From assembly GCA_963666215.2 (NCBI GenBank), contig CAXWPL010000005.1:1376001-1440000 (forward strand): 64,000 nt of DNA, in the 5' to 3' direction. The translations under genes and the position numbers were made by a program. The DNA comes from Acidobacteriota bacterium (lineage in GTDB: Bacteria; Acidobacteriota; UBA890; WLXD01). Under the pieces are notes generated by a model. It did no database searches, was not told where the DNA came from, and saw only the letters and a program-made list of their open reading frames with translations. Below, one piece after another: positions 1-10,974 of the stretch. Every line of letters begins with the position of its first letter. The first letter of the stretch is position 1.

Positions 1-39
1 TGCTCCATCACCCCTACCAATGCCGAGCGGCGGGGTCAC

Positions 40-246
40 CCGCCGGCGTTCTCAGGTCTCGGACCGCGACTGAAGAGCCACTCGAAGCGCTCGGACGAGG
101 AGAGTGAGGAGCATGAAGAATAGCTTGGGCATGGCCGCACAGGCTGATGGAAGCGCCTCGGGAACGCAACAGCCATTCGCGCCAGGGGTGAACACTCGCG
201 CTCTAACCTGGTGATTTCAGGTGCGGATCTGTTTTGAGGAGCGACA
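40..246 (-). mobile_element. 5' end remnant of IS481-like element (copy a)
   Basis: Ends in GTTTTGAGGAGCGACA (rc TGTCGCTCCTCAAAAC), matching the IR at 19994. Minus strand reads MPKLFFMLLTLLVRALRVALQSRS, similar to the N-terminus of the transposase at 20210-21265. Confidence 0.7.
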
Positions 247-523
247 CCCGGCCGGCATCGTCGAGTCGCGGGCGAGGTCGCTTCTGCTTCAGCGCGTCGA
301 CCTGCTGTTTCAAGGCGACGTTCTCTAGAACAAGATCGGACCGCGACCGAAAGACAAGTCGGTGCGCTCGGAGAACGATCGTGAGGAGCATGAGGAAGAG
401 CTTGGCCATGGCCGCATAGACTGACGGAAGCGGTTCGGGGACGCAACAGCCAATCGCGCCAGGGGTGAGGACTCGCGCTCTAATCTGCTGATTTCACAGG
501 CGGATCTGTTTTGAGGAGCGACA
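247..523 (-). mobile_element. 5' end remnant of IS481-like element (copy b), tandem with copy a
   Basis: Same terminal IR at 508-523. ORF MAKLFLMLL...LENVALKQQVDALKQKRPRPRLDDA is homologous to LENIVLKQQVEALKRKRPRPQLDDAD of the full element. Confidence 0.8.
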
Positions 524-1123
524 GGGCAATACGGCCGTGGGGGGCGTCTCCTGGGACAAGGCACGCGCTTTCTGCGCCTGGGTCGGCGGACGGTTGCCGA
601 GCGAGGCAGAGTAGGAATAGACCGCTCGGCGGGGGGGGGGCTCGAGGACTCCCTCTACCCTTGGGGAGATGAAGTTCCAGTCTGTGTCGCAGGAGCTCCG
701 AATGGAGCTGAGTTCGGGAAGGGCTACGACACAAAAGGGGCCTGTACCTACAACCAGACCTTCGACGTCGGCAGTTTCAGCCCGAATGGCTATGGACTCT
801 TTGATATGGCTGGGGGTATGGAAGAGTGGGTGGAGGACATTTGGCACAAGAGTTATCGCGGGGCGCCCGGGGATGGCAGTGCCTGGTTGGGGGATGGCCC
901 TCCCAAGAAGGTCGTCCACCGCGGCGGGAGCTGGCCGAGCGTCTTCGCTTCTAATCTGAGGGTCTGCGACCGTCCCCTTGGAACTCCGCCGACCTACGGG
1001 CTAGCCTATTTCGGTTTTCGCTGCGCTCGACATGTGCCTGGGATCTCTGGCGGTAGCAGTCAGGCACCTCTGCGGCCGACAGGCACTTTCTCTTTTTCTG
1101 CGTCGAATCACCCCCTGGTCTAA
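524..1123 (+). pseudogene. FGE-sulfatase (SUMF1/EgtB/PvdO, C-type-lectin fold) domain fragment with internal stops
   Basis: Reads VSWDKARAFCAWVGGRLPSEAE*E*TAR...YPWG...PNGYGLFDMAGGMEEWVED...RGGSW...GFRCAR. 5' end is cut by the IS end. Confidence 0.8.
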
Positions 1124-1495
1124 GGTACGTGGTAGCCCGCGGCCATGGAGAGTTGCAACTTTCCCAGCCGACGGACCTCCGTGAGATTTCGTTCGAGGTG
1201 AGGATTAACTATCTGAGGCGGGTCAAGGAGGTGACCCCGATAGGCGGAAAGGATCGTGCAACTAGAGACCTAGCCAAGTCGCTCGAGGAGAAACGCTTCG
1301 TGTGTGGTTGGGAAAGCGGGGCAAGCTACACCGACGTTCTTCTTCGCGTGGTCGTACACATTCCGCCTGTCTGATCTTCGCTGGCAGAGCGTAGAGAAGA
1401 TGATCCTGGTCGTCTCATGAACTTGGTGTCGAAGGCAGTCAACCCTGTGAAGTGCCAACCGAAACCTACTTAAACAGGGAGGCCTTGGCACAGGG

Positions 1496-2701
1496 ATGTC
1501 AGAGCCCTTCGCCCATCTCGGAATACCGGTCGACGTACCGGCCTGGCCGCTCCTGGAGCTCGGGACCTTCTACTCTCGCTCCTGGGCAGCGGTCGACTTC
1601 TTTTTGTTCTTTGCACTGTTCACAGGTGTAGCCCGAGCTACGGTAGGGCGTCGGCTGGGAGGTCGCGAGGGACAGCTTGTCTCGATCGCGCTGGGGGCGA
1701 TGCTGGCCGTGGCGGCACTCGGGCTGGAGTTCGCTCTCGGTGTCAACCTGACAGCCTTCGGTGGCGTTGCGGTTACCGTCCTTGTGCTGGTGGTCGGCGT
1801 CGTCGTGTTCCAGATTCTCCGCACGGTAGGCCTTGGGCTGGGCTCAGCGATGGCGATTTCGGTGCTGGCTTTGGGACTCGGCTCGTCAGCCATCCGGCCC
1901 GACGGAGTAATCGCTGATCTAGTCTTCCTGATCCAGCTTGCAGCATTCATCGCTCTGGGCTATCTGGGCTTCCGTGCGGTCTCCGCCATCGGTCAGCACT
2001 CCTCGGGCAGAAGATTGAGACAATTCGCGGACCACATCGAAGAGGGCACGGTCGACGGCTATAGGAGTACTCCGTACTGCGTTGGCGCTCGCCCTCTCGG
2101 CGATCAACTACAGAGGGCATGGAGGACCATCACGCGTCGTTTGCGGCCGAGCACGGAGAAAGCGCAGAAGGACTCGGGACAGATCCTCAAAGAGCTACGG
2201 TTCGTCCGAGAACTGCTGAGCCACGAAGCACTCACCGACGAGGACCGGCGGAAGATCGCCACGACTCTTCGACGGGTTCCCCACGAGCGCCATCGGCTGA
2301 GGGTGGATCTCGATCGGGTTCGGCGGCTGGATCGGTCTCTTCTCCGGTTCGACGTCGAAGCTTGTGAGGAACTCCGCAAGAGAGTAGCCGGGCTCTCACC
2401 GAACGAGCAGGGACGACTCGCGCAGCTCATCGTCGAAGAGCGAGACAAGATTCGCATCGGGGAGCGCATCGAGCGCGCGGAGCGGTTCATCCGTGGCTAC
2501 GATGCCAACGCCGCGAACTCCCTAGAGAAGGCTGCTGAGGAACTCACCCAGGCCCGCCTCCTTGAGGCCCGACAGTCGATCGAGGTCGCTATCCGGTACG
2601 AGGAGGAGGCGATAGCCATGGTGATCCGTCTCGAGCGCGTGGAGGACATGTTGTTACGGTTGACGAGGCTCGAGATCAAGGAGGTCACCCGCGGGACTTG
2701 A
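1496..2701 (+). CDS. hypothetical membrane protein (N-terminal multi-TM region, C-terminal charged helical/coiled-coil region)
   Basis: 401-aa ORF with upstream GGAGG; hydrophobic segments over the first ~165 aa; Arg/Glu-rich C-terminus. Confidence 0.75.
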   Translation: MSEPFAHLGIPVDVPAWPLLELGTFYSRSWAAVDFFLFFALFTGVARATVGRRLGGREGQLVSIALGAMLAVAALGLEFALGVNLTAFGGVAVTVLVLVVGVVVFQILRTVGLGLGSAMAISVLALGLGSSAIRPDGVIADLVFLIQLAAFIALGYLGFRAVSAIGQHSSGRRLRQFADHIEEGTVDGYRSTPYCVGARPLGDQLQRAWRTITRRLRPSTEKAQKDSGQILKELRFVRELLSHEALTDEDRRKIATTLRRVPHERHRLRVDLDRVRRLDRSLLRFDVEACEELRKRVAGLSPNEQGRLAQLIVEERDKIRIGERIERAERFIRGYDANAANSLEKAAEELTQARLLEARQSIEVAIRYEEEAIAMVIRLERVEDMLLRLTRLEIKEVTRGT

Positions 2702-2896
2702 CGTCAGCGATCGAGCGCGTGCCAAGAAATTGGGATCCCATGGGGGACTGATGGGGGAGTGAATTCCCCTACAGAACGCGGAGAGCGCGGACTACGCTAG
2801 AAAGCGCGCGTCCGGTATCGCGCCTCAAGTTCCGCGTTTTCTGTCGTTTAGAGTCGTGTGGCATCGCTTCGCATCGCTGTTCCAGAACCCCGCTAC

Positions 2897-2955
2897 GGGA
2901 CTCAAAATCCCCCGAGGGAAACCTCGTGAGGGTTCGAGTCCCTCCCCCGGTACCA
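2897..2955 (+). tRNA. 3' part of tRNA-Leu(CAA), lacking 5' acceptor and D arms; probable att core
   Basis: GGGA-CTCAAAA-TCCC anticodon arm, long variable arm CGAGG-GAAA-CCTCG, T arm GAGGGTTCGAGTCCCTC, ends CCCCGGTACCA. Upstream sequence cannot form a D arm. Confidence 0.85.
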
Positions 2956-3041
2956 TTAGAAACAAACGACTTACGAAGATTCGACAAAACTCGCGACATG
3001 CCCATATTTGGCCGATTGTCCCTTTTTTGTCCCTGCGGCGG

Positions 3042-4148
3042 GGCGTTGGTGTATGAATCGGCGTCGACGCCCACGCTAGGATCGGCTCGGGATCCCGACC
3101 ATTCATGGAGGGGGGCGATGTCATGGCCGCACGCAAGTCGAGCCGAGTCAACCGCGAGTACAAGACAAGTACAGAGTCCGGAACTGGAGCGAGTACGAGC
3201 GGGGCCTCAGGAGCCGTGGGGATGTCACGATCTGGCTGAGCGAGGCGGCGATCGCCGCGTGGACGCCACCGAAGAACGGTCTCCGCGGAGGCCAACGACA
3301 GTACTCGAACCTCGCGATTCTGACTGCGTTGACGCTGCGAGTCGTCTTCCGGCTGCCGCTTCGCCAGACCGAGGGATTCCTGGACTCGCTGCTGAGCTTG
3401 ATGGGCCTGGGCCTCAAGGCCCCGGACCACACCACACTCTCGCGCCGGAACGAGGACGTCGAGGTGCCGCCCCTGAACCGAGCCCACGACGGCCCGATCC
3501 ACCTGGTCGTCGATTCCACGGGGCTCAAGATCCTGGGTTCTGGCGAGTGGAATGTGCATAGGTACAAGGCATCGAGGAAACGCCGGGAGTGGCGCAAGCT
3601 GCACCTCGGAGTGGATGACGAGGGCTTCATCGTGGCGGCCGAGCTCACGGCGAGTAGCGAAGGCGACGCCTCCACCCTCCCTGATCTACTTGCCCAGGTT
3701 GAGGTTCCAATCCAGCGTTTCACGGCAGACGGGGCCTATGACCACAGGTCGATCTACAATCGGGTCGTGGCGGCCGGCACAGAGGACATCATGATCGTGA
3801 TCCCACCTCGTCGTTCCGCGGTGTGCGCCGGGCCCACGGACGGCCCGTGGGCCCAGCGAGAAGCGGCTCTTCAGAGGATTCGTGAGGTCGGACGACGAGA
3901 GTGGCAGAAGGAGTCGGGTTACCGACAGCAGGCTCGCGTTGAGAACGGGTTCTTCCGATACAAGTCACTGCTCGGAGGCGACCTGAAGGCGAGGAACAGC
4001 AAGGCGCAGACGAGAGAGGCCATGATCGGGTGTCACATCCTGAACCGGATGGCAGGGCTCGGCAGGCCAGAGTCCTACGCTGTGTCGTGACGGAAGGGCC
4101 GGGAAAAGCGGCCCAGGCTCGCTCTGGGTCGAATCGTGCAACAACGCC
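3042..4148 (+). mobile_element. IS5 family (IS903 group) insertion sequence
   Basis: IRs GGCGTTGGTGTATGAATC and rc GGCGTTGTTGCACGATTC resemble IS903 ends; DDE transposase inside; no clear TSD. Confidence 0.85.
3123..4090 (+). pseudogene. IS5/IS903-group transposase with a 1-nt frameshift near 3165
   Basis: YRVRNWSEYERGLRSRGDVTIW...LPLRQTEGF...VDSTGLK...WRKLHL...ADGAYD...SGYRQQARVEN. The ATG at 3123 is out of frame with the 3329 ORF. Confidence 0.8.
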
Positions 4149-4239
4149 CCTCTGCAGCGGACCAGCGTGTGGTGCTGACGGACGATCGCGCAGTGCTAAT
4201 GCTGTGGCCAACTTGCTGGCCTGTCCAGCCCCGCGCTGA

Positions 4240-5193
4240 CTACAACCGGATGTCCAGGACATCATTGAGGTACTGGACGTTGTGGTCCACGTTGTGGGCC
4301 ACGCTTCCTTCCCCGGGGCGCGGTTTGCCGTAGTCGAGGGACACCCAGCCGGTGAACTTCTTTTTTCGAAGGATTTTCGTGAAAGCCACGAAATCCACAC
4401 CACCCGTGCCCAACTTCTTGTAGAGATTGACCCGTGCGTGTTCCTGCCGTGAAGGTGTGGGGCCCTGGTACCCGCGGTATTTCGCCGCTACGTCCTTAAA
4501 GTGTATGGCCGCTACGCGATCATAGTGCTTGCTGAGGAACTTTACCGGATCAATACCGCCAAGTGTCAGATGCGAAGTATCCGCGGTCAGGTAGACGTAT
4601 CGCGGGTCGGTCAGCTCCAAGACGCGATCGACCTCCTCCTGCCGTTCCAGGGGTGACCAGAGGTGAGGGTGGGGAGCGAGCCTCACTCCGACGTCAGCAG
4701 TCTGTTTGCCCAGCTCGTTCAGCGCCTTGGCCATGGTTCGCAGTTGCTCGTCGCTGATCGTCCCTCCCTCGCGGCGGGGGCCCAGGTTGATTTTGAAATG
4801 CGAACAACCGAAGTGGGCAATGAAGTCGCGGGCAAACTTGGCGTGCTCGGCGATCGCCTCCTTCACCTTGGAAGGATCGGTGAAGTTGTCGGCTATCGGT
4901 GCGCCACCATTGGAGCATGTCGCCATGCGAATGCCGGCCGCATCCAGCAGCTCCTTGAGGGCCTGCGGCCGGTCAACGTATTTGAGGATGCTACCCCGGT
5001 AGGGCTCGATTCCCTCGAAGCCTCGGCGACCGCAATCGCGTATGGCTTCCTCAACGCTGTCGGGCCACATGTTTCCAACGTGGGCGACGCGGAACGTTCT
5101 CCCTGAGTGAGGGCGAGCAACCGTCTTTCCCTGTGCGGAGCCGACTACTGTCGCCGCTACTCCTGCGGCCAGGAATTCTCTTCGATTCATCAT
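4240..5193 (-). CDS. Tat-exported sugar phosphate isomerase/epimerase (IolE/xylose-isomerase-like TIM barrel)
   Basis: NRREFL Tat motif; HPHLWSPLE, DTSHL, HFKD and LGTGGVDF motifs. Confidence 0.85.
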   Translation of the reverse strand: MMNRREFLAAGVAATVVGSAQGKTVARPHSGRTFRVAHVGNMWPDSVEEAIRDCGRRGFEGIEPYRGSILKYVDRPQALKELLDAAGIRMATCSNGGAPIADNFTDPSKVKEAIAEHAKFARDFIAHFGCSHFKINLGPRREGGTISDEQLRTMAKALNELGKQTADVGVRLAPHPHLWSPLERQEEVDRVLELTDPRYVYLTADTSHLTLGGIDPVKFLSKHYDRVAAIHFKDVAAKYRGYQGPTPSRQEHARVNLYKKLGTGGVDFVAFTKILRKKKFTGWVSLDYGKPRPGEGSVAHNVDHNVQYLNDVLDIRL

Positions 5194-5502
5194 GGTCGTA
5201 CCTCACTTCGCTTTAAGGATGGAAACCATCCTCGGACTCGACTGTCTCCGAGGTCGTTTTTTTAGTGGCCTCAGTGTACACGCTTGGATCTCTCCAATAA
5301 AACCTAAAATTCCGACGCAGCGGTCGGTGGCGCGGAGTCTGAGTCGGAACATCCAAGTTCTCCTAGTTTGCCCGATCATAACCGGCATATCCACGAAACG
5401 GTCCGTGACCTGAGCAAGGGCAGATGGTAGGCTCTGCATTCACCTAATTCGAGCAGCTTGAGAATGGGCGGCACATGGGGCGCCGTGTCCAGGAGGCCGC
5501 CA

Positions 5503-6595
5503 ATGAAGAAGAGGGCTTATATCCTTTGTGGTTTTCTGGGGCTCGCTTGCCTGCCGAGCTTCGCCGCGAAAGACGACATCCCCAGAACGCCCGGCGGCAG
5601 GCCCGATCTGTCCGGTAATTACGACGTCTCCAACCTGACCCCGTGGGAGCGAGATCCGAAGTATGGCGACAACCTCTACATGACAGGAGACGATGCGCGA
5701 AAGATCGAGGACGCGGCCGCGACCGTCCTCGCCGAGGACGATGCTTCCAGGCGGGCTGCGGATCGCGGCGCGCTCCCGAGCGTCGGAGACGAGAACTTCC
5801 GCGGTGTGGGTGGGTACAACCGATTCTGGATCGATCGCGGCACCAAGACCTTCACCGTCGACGGGAGGTATCGCACCTCGGTTCTCACCGATCCTCCCGA
5901 CGGCCGCTTCCCACCAAAGACCGACGAGGGAGAGAAGCGCCTAGCGGCGCTGCCTCAGTTCTCCTACGAGAACAGCGGCACGGCCTGGTGGCTCGCATCG
6001 GGAGACGTTCCCTACGAGGGGCCCGAATCGCTGACCCTCCCAACTCGCTGCATCTACCATTCGAGAGCCACCATCCCGGTCTCGTCGACGTCCTACAACA
6101 ACCTAAAGACGATCACCCAAACCGACTCCACGGTGGTGATTCTCATCGAGTGGATGCACTGGGCTCGCATCATCCGTCTCGACTCCGAGCACCTAACCGC
6201 CCGACATTCGCACCTACGCCGGAGACTCGATCGGATGGTGGGAGGGAGACACCCTCGTGGTCGACACCGCCAATTTTCTGCGCGATCCCCCCTTGGCGGC
6301 GAGTGACCGCCGACGTGCGCCGGGCAACAACTCCGCCTTCTCTGCGTACGAGCCTGACGATGGGCTCCACGTCGTCGAGCGCCTCACTCGCCTCGACCGC
6401 GACGCCCTCTTCTACGAGTTCACGGTCGAGGACCCCGACTACACCGCACCCTACAGCGGCTCTTTCACCTGGCCGCGAACCGACAGCGGGCTCTACGAGT
6501 ACGCATGCCACGAAGGGAACTACTCGATGGGGAACACCCTGCGTGGCGCTCGCTTCTTGGAAGAGCAGTGGTACGAAAAGCAAAGCGCGCGGTAG
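5503..6595 (+). pseudogene. conserved secreted hypothetical protein (IPRT-PDLSG...EYACHEGN family), frameshift near 6200
   Basis: RBS AGGAGG before ATG 5503. The two frames together align end to end with the intact paralog at 51914-53005. Confidence 0.8.
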
Positions 6596-6650
6596 GGGCG
6601 ATGAGGCCCCACAGAGGCACACACCTCCCCCAAGTCTGAAGGAGACCAGT

Positions 6651-8573
6651 ATGAGATGGATGGTTGTAGCGATGCTATGTGCGTCTTTGGTAGTCGGCTG
6701 CGGCGCCGGCGAGGAGCCGGCAGCCGAGGCACCGGCGGCGGACTCCGTGCCCGACGCTGCAGCCGCGGCACCCAATCCGACGCGGAACGCCTACTTCGGC
6801 GATCTCCATGTACACACCGGCTACTCACTCGACGCCTTTGTCTTCGGCACCACAGCAGATCCCAACGCAGCCTACGAGTTCGCCAAGGGCGGCGCGATCC
6901 TGCATCCGGCGGGCTTCGAGATGAAACTCGACCGGCCACTCGACTTTCAGGCGGTGGCCGATCACGGCATGTATCTCGGCATGCTCCCGGCAATGACCGA
7001 TCCCTCTTCACCAGCCTACGGTCACCCCATTGCCGAGGGCGTGCGCACTGCACGCTCGGCCGATGAGAGACGCGCCAACTTCCTGGCCGTAGGCCCCTAC
7101 ATCGCTCGAGAACCGGGAACCGAAGAGCACCTCAACATGGATATCGTGCGCGGCGCGTGGGAGGAGATCCAGGCGGCCGCCAACCGGCACAACGATCCTG
7201 GGACCTTCACCGCCTTGATCGGCTATGAATACACCTCTGCCGGCGGAGAGGGAAACAACCTGCACCGCAATGTGATCTTCCGCAGCACCGCGGCCCCCAC
7301 AGTTCCCTTCACCCGCTTCGACTCATCCAACCCTGAAGATCTTTGGGCCTCAATGGACGAGTGGCGCGCCCAGGGCATCGACTCGCTGGCCATTCCGCAC
7401 AACTCGAACGCCTCAGGGGGTCGCATGTTCGAGCTCGACTACTTCAACGGTGGTGCGATCGACGATGCCTACTCGGAGCTGCGCTCGCGCAACGAGCCGG
7501 TGGTCGAGATGACGCAGGTCAAGGGTACCTCCGACACCCATCCGGCGCTGTCGCCCAATGACGAGTGGGCCGAATTCGAGATCATGCCGTACAAGATCGG
7601 TAACGTGATCCTCAGTCAGCCCGAAGGCAGCTACGTACGCGACGCCTACCTCAGAGGACTGGCGATCGCAGACGGAGGGACGAAAAACCCCTACAAGTTC
7701 GGCGTCATCGGCTCGAGTGACACCCACGTCGCCGCGGGCTCCTTCGAGGAGGACAACTACTGGTCGAAAACGGGCATTCTGGACGCCACAGCGCGGTTGC
7801 GCGGCTCGGTGCCGGGCACGGGAGTGAACGCCACCTCCGGCGATCCCTCGCAGCAGTCCGACTCCTCCATGCGCACCAGCGACGGCTCCGGCCGGACCTA
7901 CCGCGACACCTACTACCACACCTGGGGTGCGTCGGGCCTCGCCGGCGTATGGGCGGAGTCAAACACACGCGAGGCGATCTTCCAGGCCTTTCGGCGCAAG
8001 GAGACCTTCGCCACGTCGGGTCCGCGCATTCGTGTGCGCTTCTTCTCTCGGGCGGGGACCACCAGCGCCGATCTCGAGGATCCCGATTTCCTCACCAAAG
8101 CCTACGCAGAAGGCGTGCCGATGGGTGGCGACCTCTCCACCTCGAACGGGGCTGCACCAACCTTCGCGGCCTGGGCGCTGCGCGATCCGCTCGCCGCTCC
8201 GCTCGACCGGCTACAGATCATCAAGGGTTGGTCGGAGAACGGGAACAGCGAGGAGATGGTTTACGACCTCGCCTGTTCGGGCGCCGCGGCCGTCGACCCC
8301 GCCACCCATCGCTGCCCGGACAACGGGGCGAGCGTCGATCTCGCCACCTGCGCCATCAGTGCGGACGTCGGGGCCAACGAGCTCACAGGCGTGTGGACCG
8401 ACTCCGACTTCGACCCGGCGCATCGGGCTTTCTACTACGTGCGGGTGCTCGAGAACCCGACCTGCCGTTGGTCGACCTGGGATGCGCTGCGAGAGGGCGT
8501 CGAGCCGCGCCAGGACATGCCGTCCACAATTCGGGAGCGAGCCTGGTCTTCACCCATTTGGTATAGCCCGTAG
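6651..8573 (+). CDS. DUF3604 domain lipoprotein (PHP-like putative metallohydrolase)
   Basis: RBS AAGGAG; lipobox LVVGC; FGDLHVHT, NLHRNVIFR, IPHNSN, GSSDTH and ERAWSSPIWY motifs. Confidence 0.85.
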   Translation: MRWMVVAMLCASLVVGCGAGEEPAAEAPAADSVPDAAAAAPNPTRNAYFGDLHVHTGYSLDAFVFGTTADPNAAYEFAKGGAILHPAGFEMKLDRPLDFQAVADHGMYLGMLPAMTDPSSPAYGHPIAEGVRTARSADERRANFLAVGPYIAREPGTEEHLNMDIVRGAWEEIQAAANRHNDPGTFTALIGYEYTSAGGEGNNLHRNVIFRSTAAPTVPFTRFDSSNPEDLWASMDEWRAQGIDSLAIPHNSNASGGRMFELDYFNGGAIDDAYSELRSRNEPVVEMTQVKGTSDTHPALSPNDEWAEFEIMPYKIGNVILSQPEGSYVRDAYLRGLAIADGGTKNPYKFGVIGSSDTHVAAGSFEEDNYWSKTGILDATARLRGSVPGTGVNATSGDPSQQSDSSMRTSDGSGRTYRDTYYHTWGASGLAGVWAESNTREAIFQAFRRKETFATSGPRIRVRFFSRAGTTSADLEDPDFLTKAYAEGVPMGGDLSTSNGAAPTFAAWALRDPLAAPLDRLQIIKGWSENGNSEEMVYDLACSGAAAVDPATHRCPDNGASVDLATCAISADVGANELTGVWTDSDFDPAHRAFYYVRVLENPTCRWSTWDALREGVEPRQDMPSTIRERAWSSPIWYSP

Positions 8574-8611
8574 CCTCAGAAGACGAATTCCAACTGCCGT
8601 AAGCGGCCGTC

Positions 8612-8864
8612 TCAGGAGAAGCTACTCCGGGCTTGTCCCATGAGGTCGTCTGCGAGGTGTTTGTCTCCAGCCCACGAGACGCCGCTTAGAAAGACGCCAG
8701 CGCACGGGACTCGCAGGTCGACCCAGCCGAGAGAACCGACGGCGCCCAGGTGACGCACCCAGCTGCCTTCCGGCGCCAGATTCCAACCGAGCCCATACGG
8801 ACCTTCCTCTCGGCTAGCGCCGTAGGGGTCGGTCGGAGGCGGTCGATCTGCGAGCTCGGCGGAC
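8612..8864 (-). pseudogene. serine hydrolase/beta-lactamase-family C-terminal fragment
   Basis: YGLGW...HLGAVGSLGWVD motif; truncated at the oriIS copy. Confidence 0.5.
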
Positions 8865-9124
8865 GGGTAGGAAATCGCTTTTCTGAGCATGAGGAGCATG
8901 AGGGTTTTCGGAGGCCTGGGCGAGAGCTGGAGGTCCTGGGGGTGACTTCTCGGCGGCTCGACAGCAGGATTAGAGTGCGCGGGCCTGGCGGCAGGTGGGT
9001 CGCGAGAGTGCTTGGAGGCGTGCGCGGCAGCGGGGCCCCCAGGGAGTCCCCGGAGGGGAGCCAGAGGAGTCGAGGGTCCCCCGGGAGCGTCAGGCGCTCT
9101 TTGTGTCGGCAGGGATGGGTGTCT
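8865..9124 (-). mobile_element. IS91-family oriIS/3' end, copy 1
   Basis: GGGTAGGAAATCGCTTTTCTGAGCATGAGG... repeated six times in the window; preceded by GGAC. Confidence 0.8.
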
Positions 9125-9400
9125 TCATATGAGCTTGCTCGATTCCGAGGGCGTGCCGGTCGCCTACGATGTGGATGCGCCCTACGGGCTCAGCCGCACC
9201 GGCGGTAGCTCCGCCGCCGGTATCCTGCGCCATGCTTCCGCCCTGTGCGCCTTGACGGCGCCGAGCGTTGTCTCCTACCTACGCCTCGAGCCCCACCGCT
9301 GGAGCTCGGCATGGAGCAACCTGGGCTGGCGCGACCGTGAGGCGTTGGTGCGGATCTGTCCCTTGAACGAGATCGCGGGCAAAGGGCTCTCCGATCAGTT
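9125..9400 (+). pseudogene. glutamine synthetase-family internal fragment
   Basis: HMSLLD...GILRHASALCALTAPSVVSYLRLEPHRWS...DREALVRIC. Confidence 0.75.
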
Positions 9401-9942
9401 GCGTAGCGGCTCCGGCCACCAGATTTCCGTGATCGACCACAGCGGCCGTGTGCAGCACCATCTCCACGATTTGGAGCGTGGTCCCGATCAAGGCGTATCG
9501 GGTCCATCGGCGTGTGCGGTCTGGGAGTGACGGGGTGGCCCGAAGGGCCACGAGGCCGGCGAAGAAGGCCACGAAACCCACCAGCATCAACGAATGCGAG
9601 CGCACCTAGGCAGGATGCCCCAGCATCTCCTCCAGGGTGCCGTCGGGATGCTGCGGTCCCCCGACCAGCAGGAGCACGGCCGCAAGGACAAAAGCTGGAC
9701 GCCAGAGCGCTACGCCGCTCATGCGTCAACTCCAGTGGCGCTGATCTCGTAGTGGCCGAGCCGTGTGCCGACGCCAAGCGACACTGACCCTCCTTGGATG
9801 GGTGACTACGCCTGGGATTATAGGTCGCAGCCGAAGGAGCCGCGCATGTCAGTGAGGATCGTGTGCAGTGATATGACCGAAGGTGACAACCCGCTGGAGC
9901 GGGAAGGGAAGAAAAGTAGAATGATCCCCTGCGAGTTGGCTG

Positions 9943-10455
9943 ATGCTGCGGTGGATCGACGTCAGGGAGTCCAACGTCACGGTTCACCTCTCCGGGTCGG
10001 GGGCTCCAGGTGCGCCGGCCGGCCACGTGATCAAAGCCCCGGTCGCAGAGGGGTCAGTCGAGGACACCGATACGCCGCACCTGGCGCTCGTGATCGATGT
10101 CGGCCAGCTTCGCGTCGTCGATCCAGGGCGGTCGAGCGACGAACGCCAGAAGGTGCGGGGGCAGCTACTCGGGCCCGAGGGGCTCGACGCGGAGCGTTTT
10201 CCTCGGATTACCTACCACTCGCTAACGATCGACCGAGTCGAGGCCGGCGTCTGGCTCGTGCAGGGCGAGCTGGAGATGCACGGGCGGTTCCTGCCGCTGA
10301 ACGTACGCGCCGTGCGCCTCGGAGATCGCTTCACGGGGACCACGACAGTGTTGCCGAGCGACTTCGGGATACCACCCATGCGCGCCGCCGGGACCTCGAG
10401 GATTGTCGGTAGCAATGTGCGGGTCGACTTCGACATCGTTCTGGAAGCGCCCTGA
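9943..10455 (+). CDS. YceI-like protein (start uncertain)
   Basis: LDAERFPRITY, VQGELEMHG and SDFGIPP motifs. Confidence 0.7.
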   Translation: MLRWIDVRESNVTVHLSGSGAPGAPAGHVIKAPVAEGSVEDTDTPHLALVIDVGQLRVVDPGRSSDERQKVRGQLLGPEGLDAERFPRITYHSLTIDRVEAGVWLVQGELEMHGRFLPLNVRAVRLGDRFTGTTTVLPSDFGIPPMRAAGTSRIVGSNVRVDFDIVLEAP

Positions 10456-10541
10456 GTCTTGAGACGCTTGGGCGGTGGCGCCCTTGATGTACCAAGAGCG
10501 GCCTCGGTCGTTGTCAGCGCGACTGTTAATGGAACGCGGAG

Positions 10542-10800
10542 CTACTCGCGACGTCCTGCCACCGCCGCCGCTTTTTCCTCCATGCGGGCGGTGCCCAGCA
10601 TGCCTCGCATCGGCTCTTCGTTGCCCTCGTGACAACCGTACTCGTAGATTCTGTCAGGCGTCAGCGTGAGATAAATGACGGCCGTCCATGGTGTGCTCGT
10701 CCACGTCCTTGGATCGTCGAGGGTGACCTCGTACTTGATGGTGTCGGCAGACACACGACTGAGACGCTCGACCACACGCAGGTTGTCGGCGGACCCCAGA
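10542..10800 (-). pseudogene. C-terminal fragment of the EYxCHEGN hypothetical family
   Basis: LRVVERLSRV...YEVTLDDP...IYEYGCHEGN. Confidence 0.7.
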
Positions 10801-10974
10801 AAGCGTGAATACTCGTTCATAGTTTTGTCTTCCACAGAGTCTGAGATCCCGCTGTCAAGACTGTCTCGGCGTTTTCGCGTCGACCCCTCCAGTCCAGCTT
10901 GGTATCTCTCGAAGTGCCGCCGTCCGTCGAGATCTGGCGCAACGCACGCGCGGTCGAAATCGCTCGAGTGTACA

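Noticed and set aside
524-1123. FGE-sulfatase domain as a diversity-generating retroelement target
   Set aside because: No reverse transcriptase and no template repeat resembling its 3' end are visible in the window, and the gene has stops.
2897-2955. Functional tRNA-Leu gene
   Set aside because: The 5' acceptor strand and D arm are missing.
5643-6650. 976-aa DUF3604 with a long N-terminal extension
   Set aside because: The extension is an off-frame read of the upstream gene; RBS and lipobox place the start at 6651.
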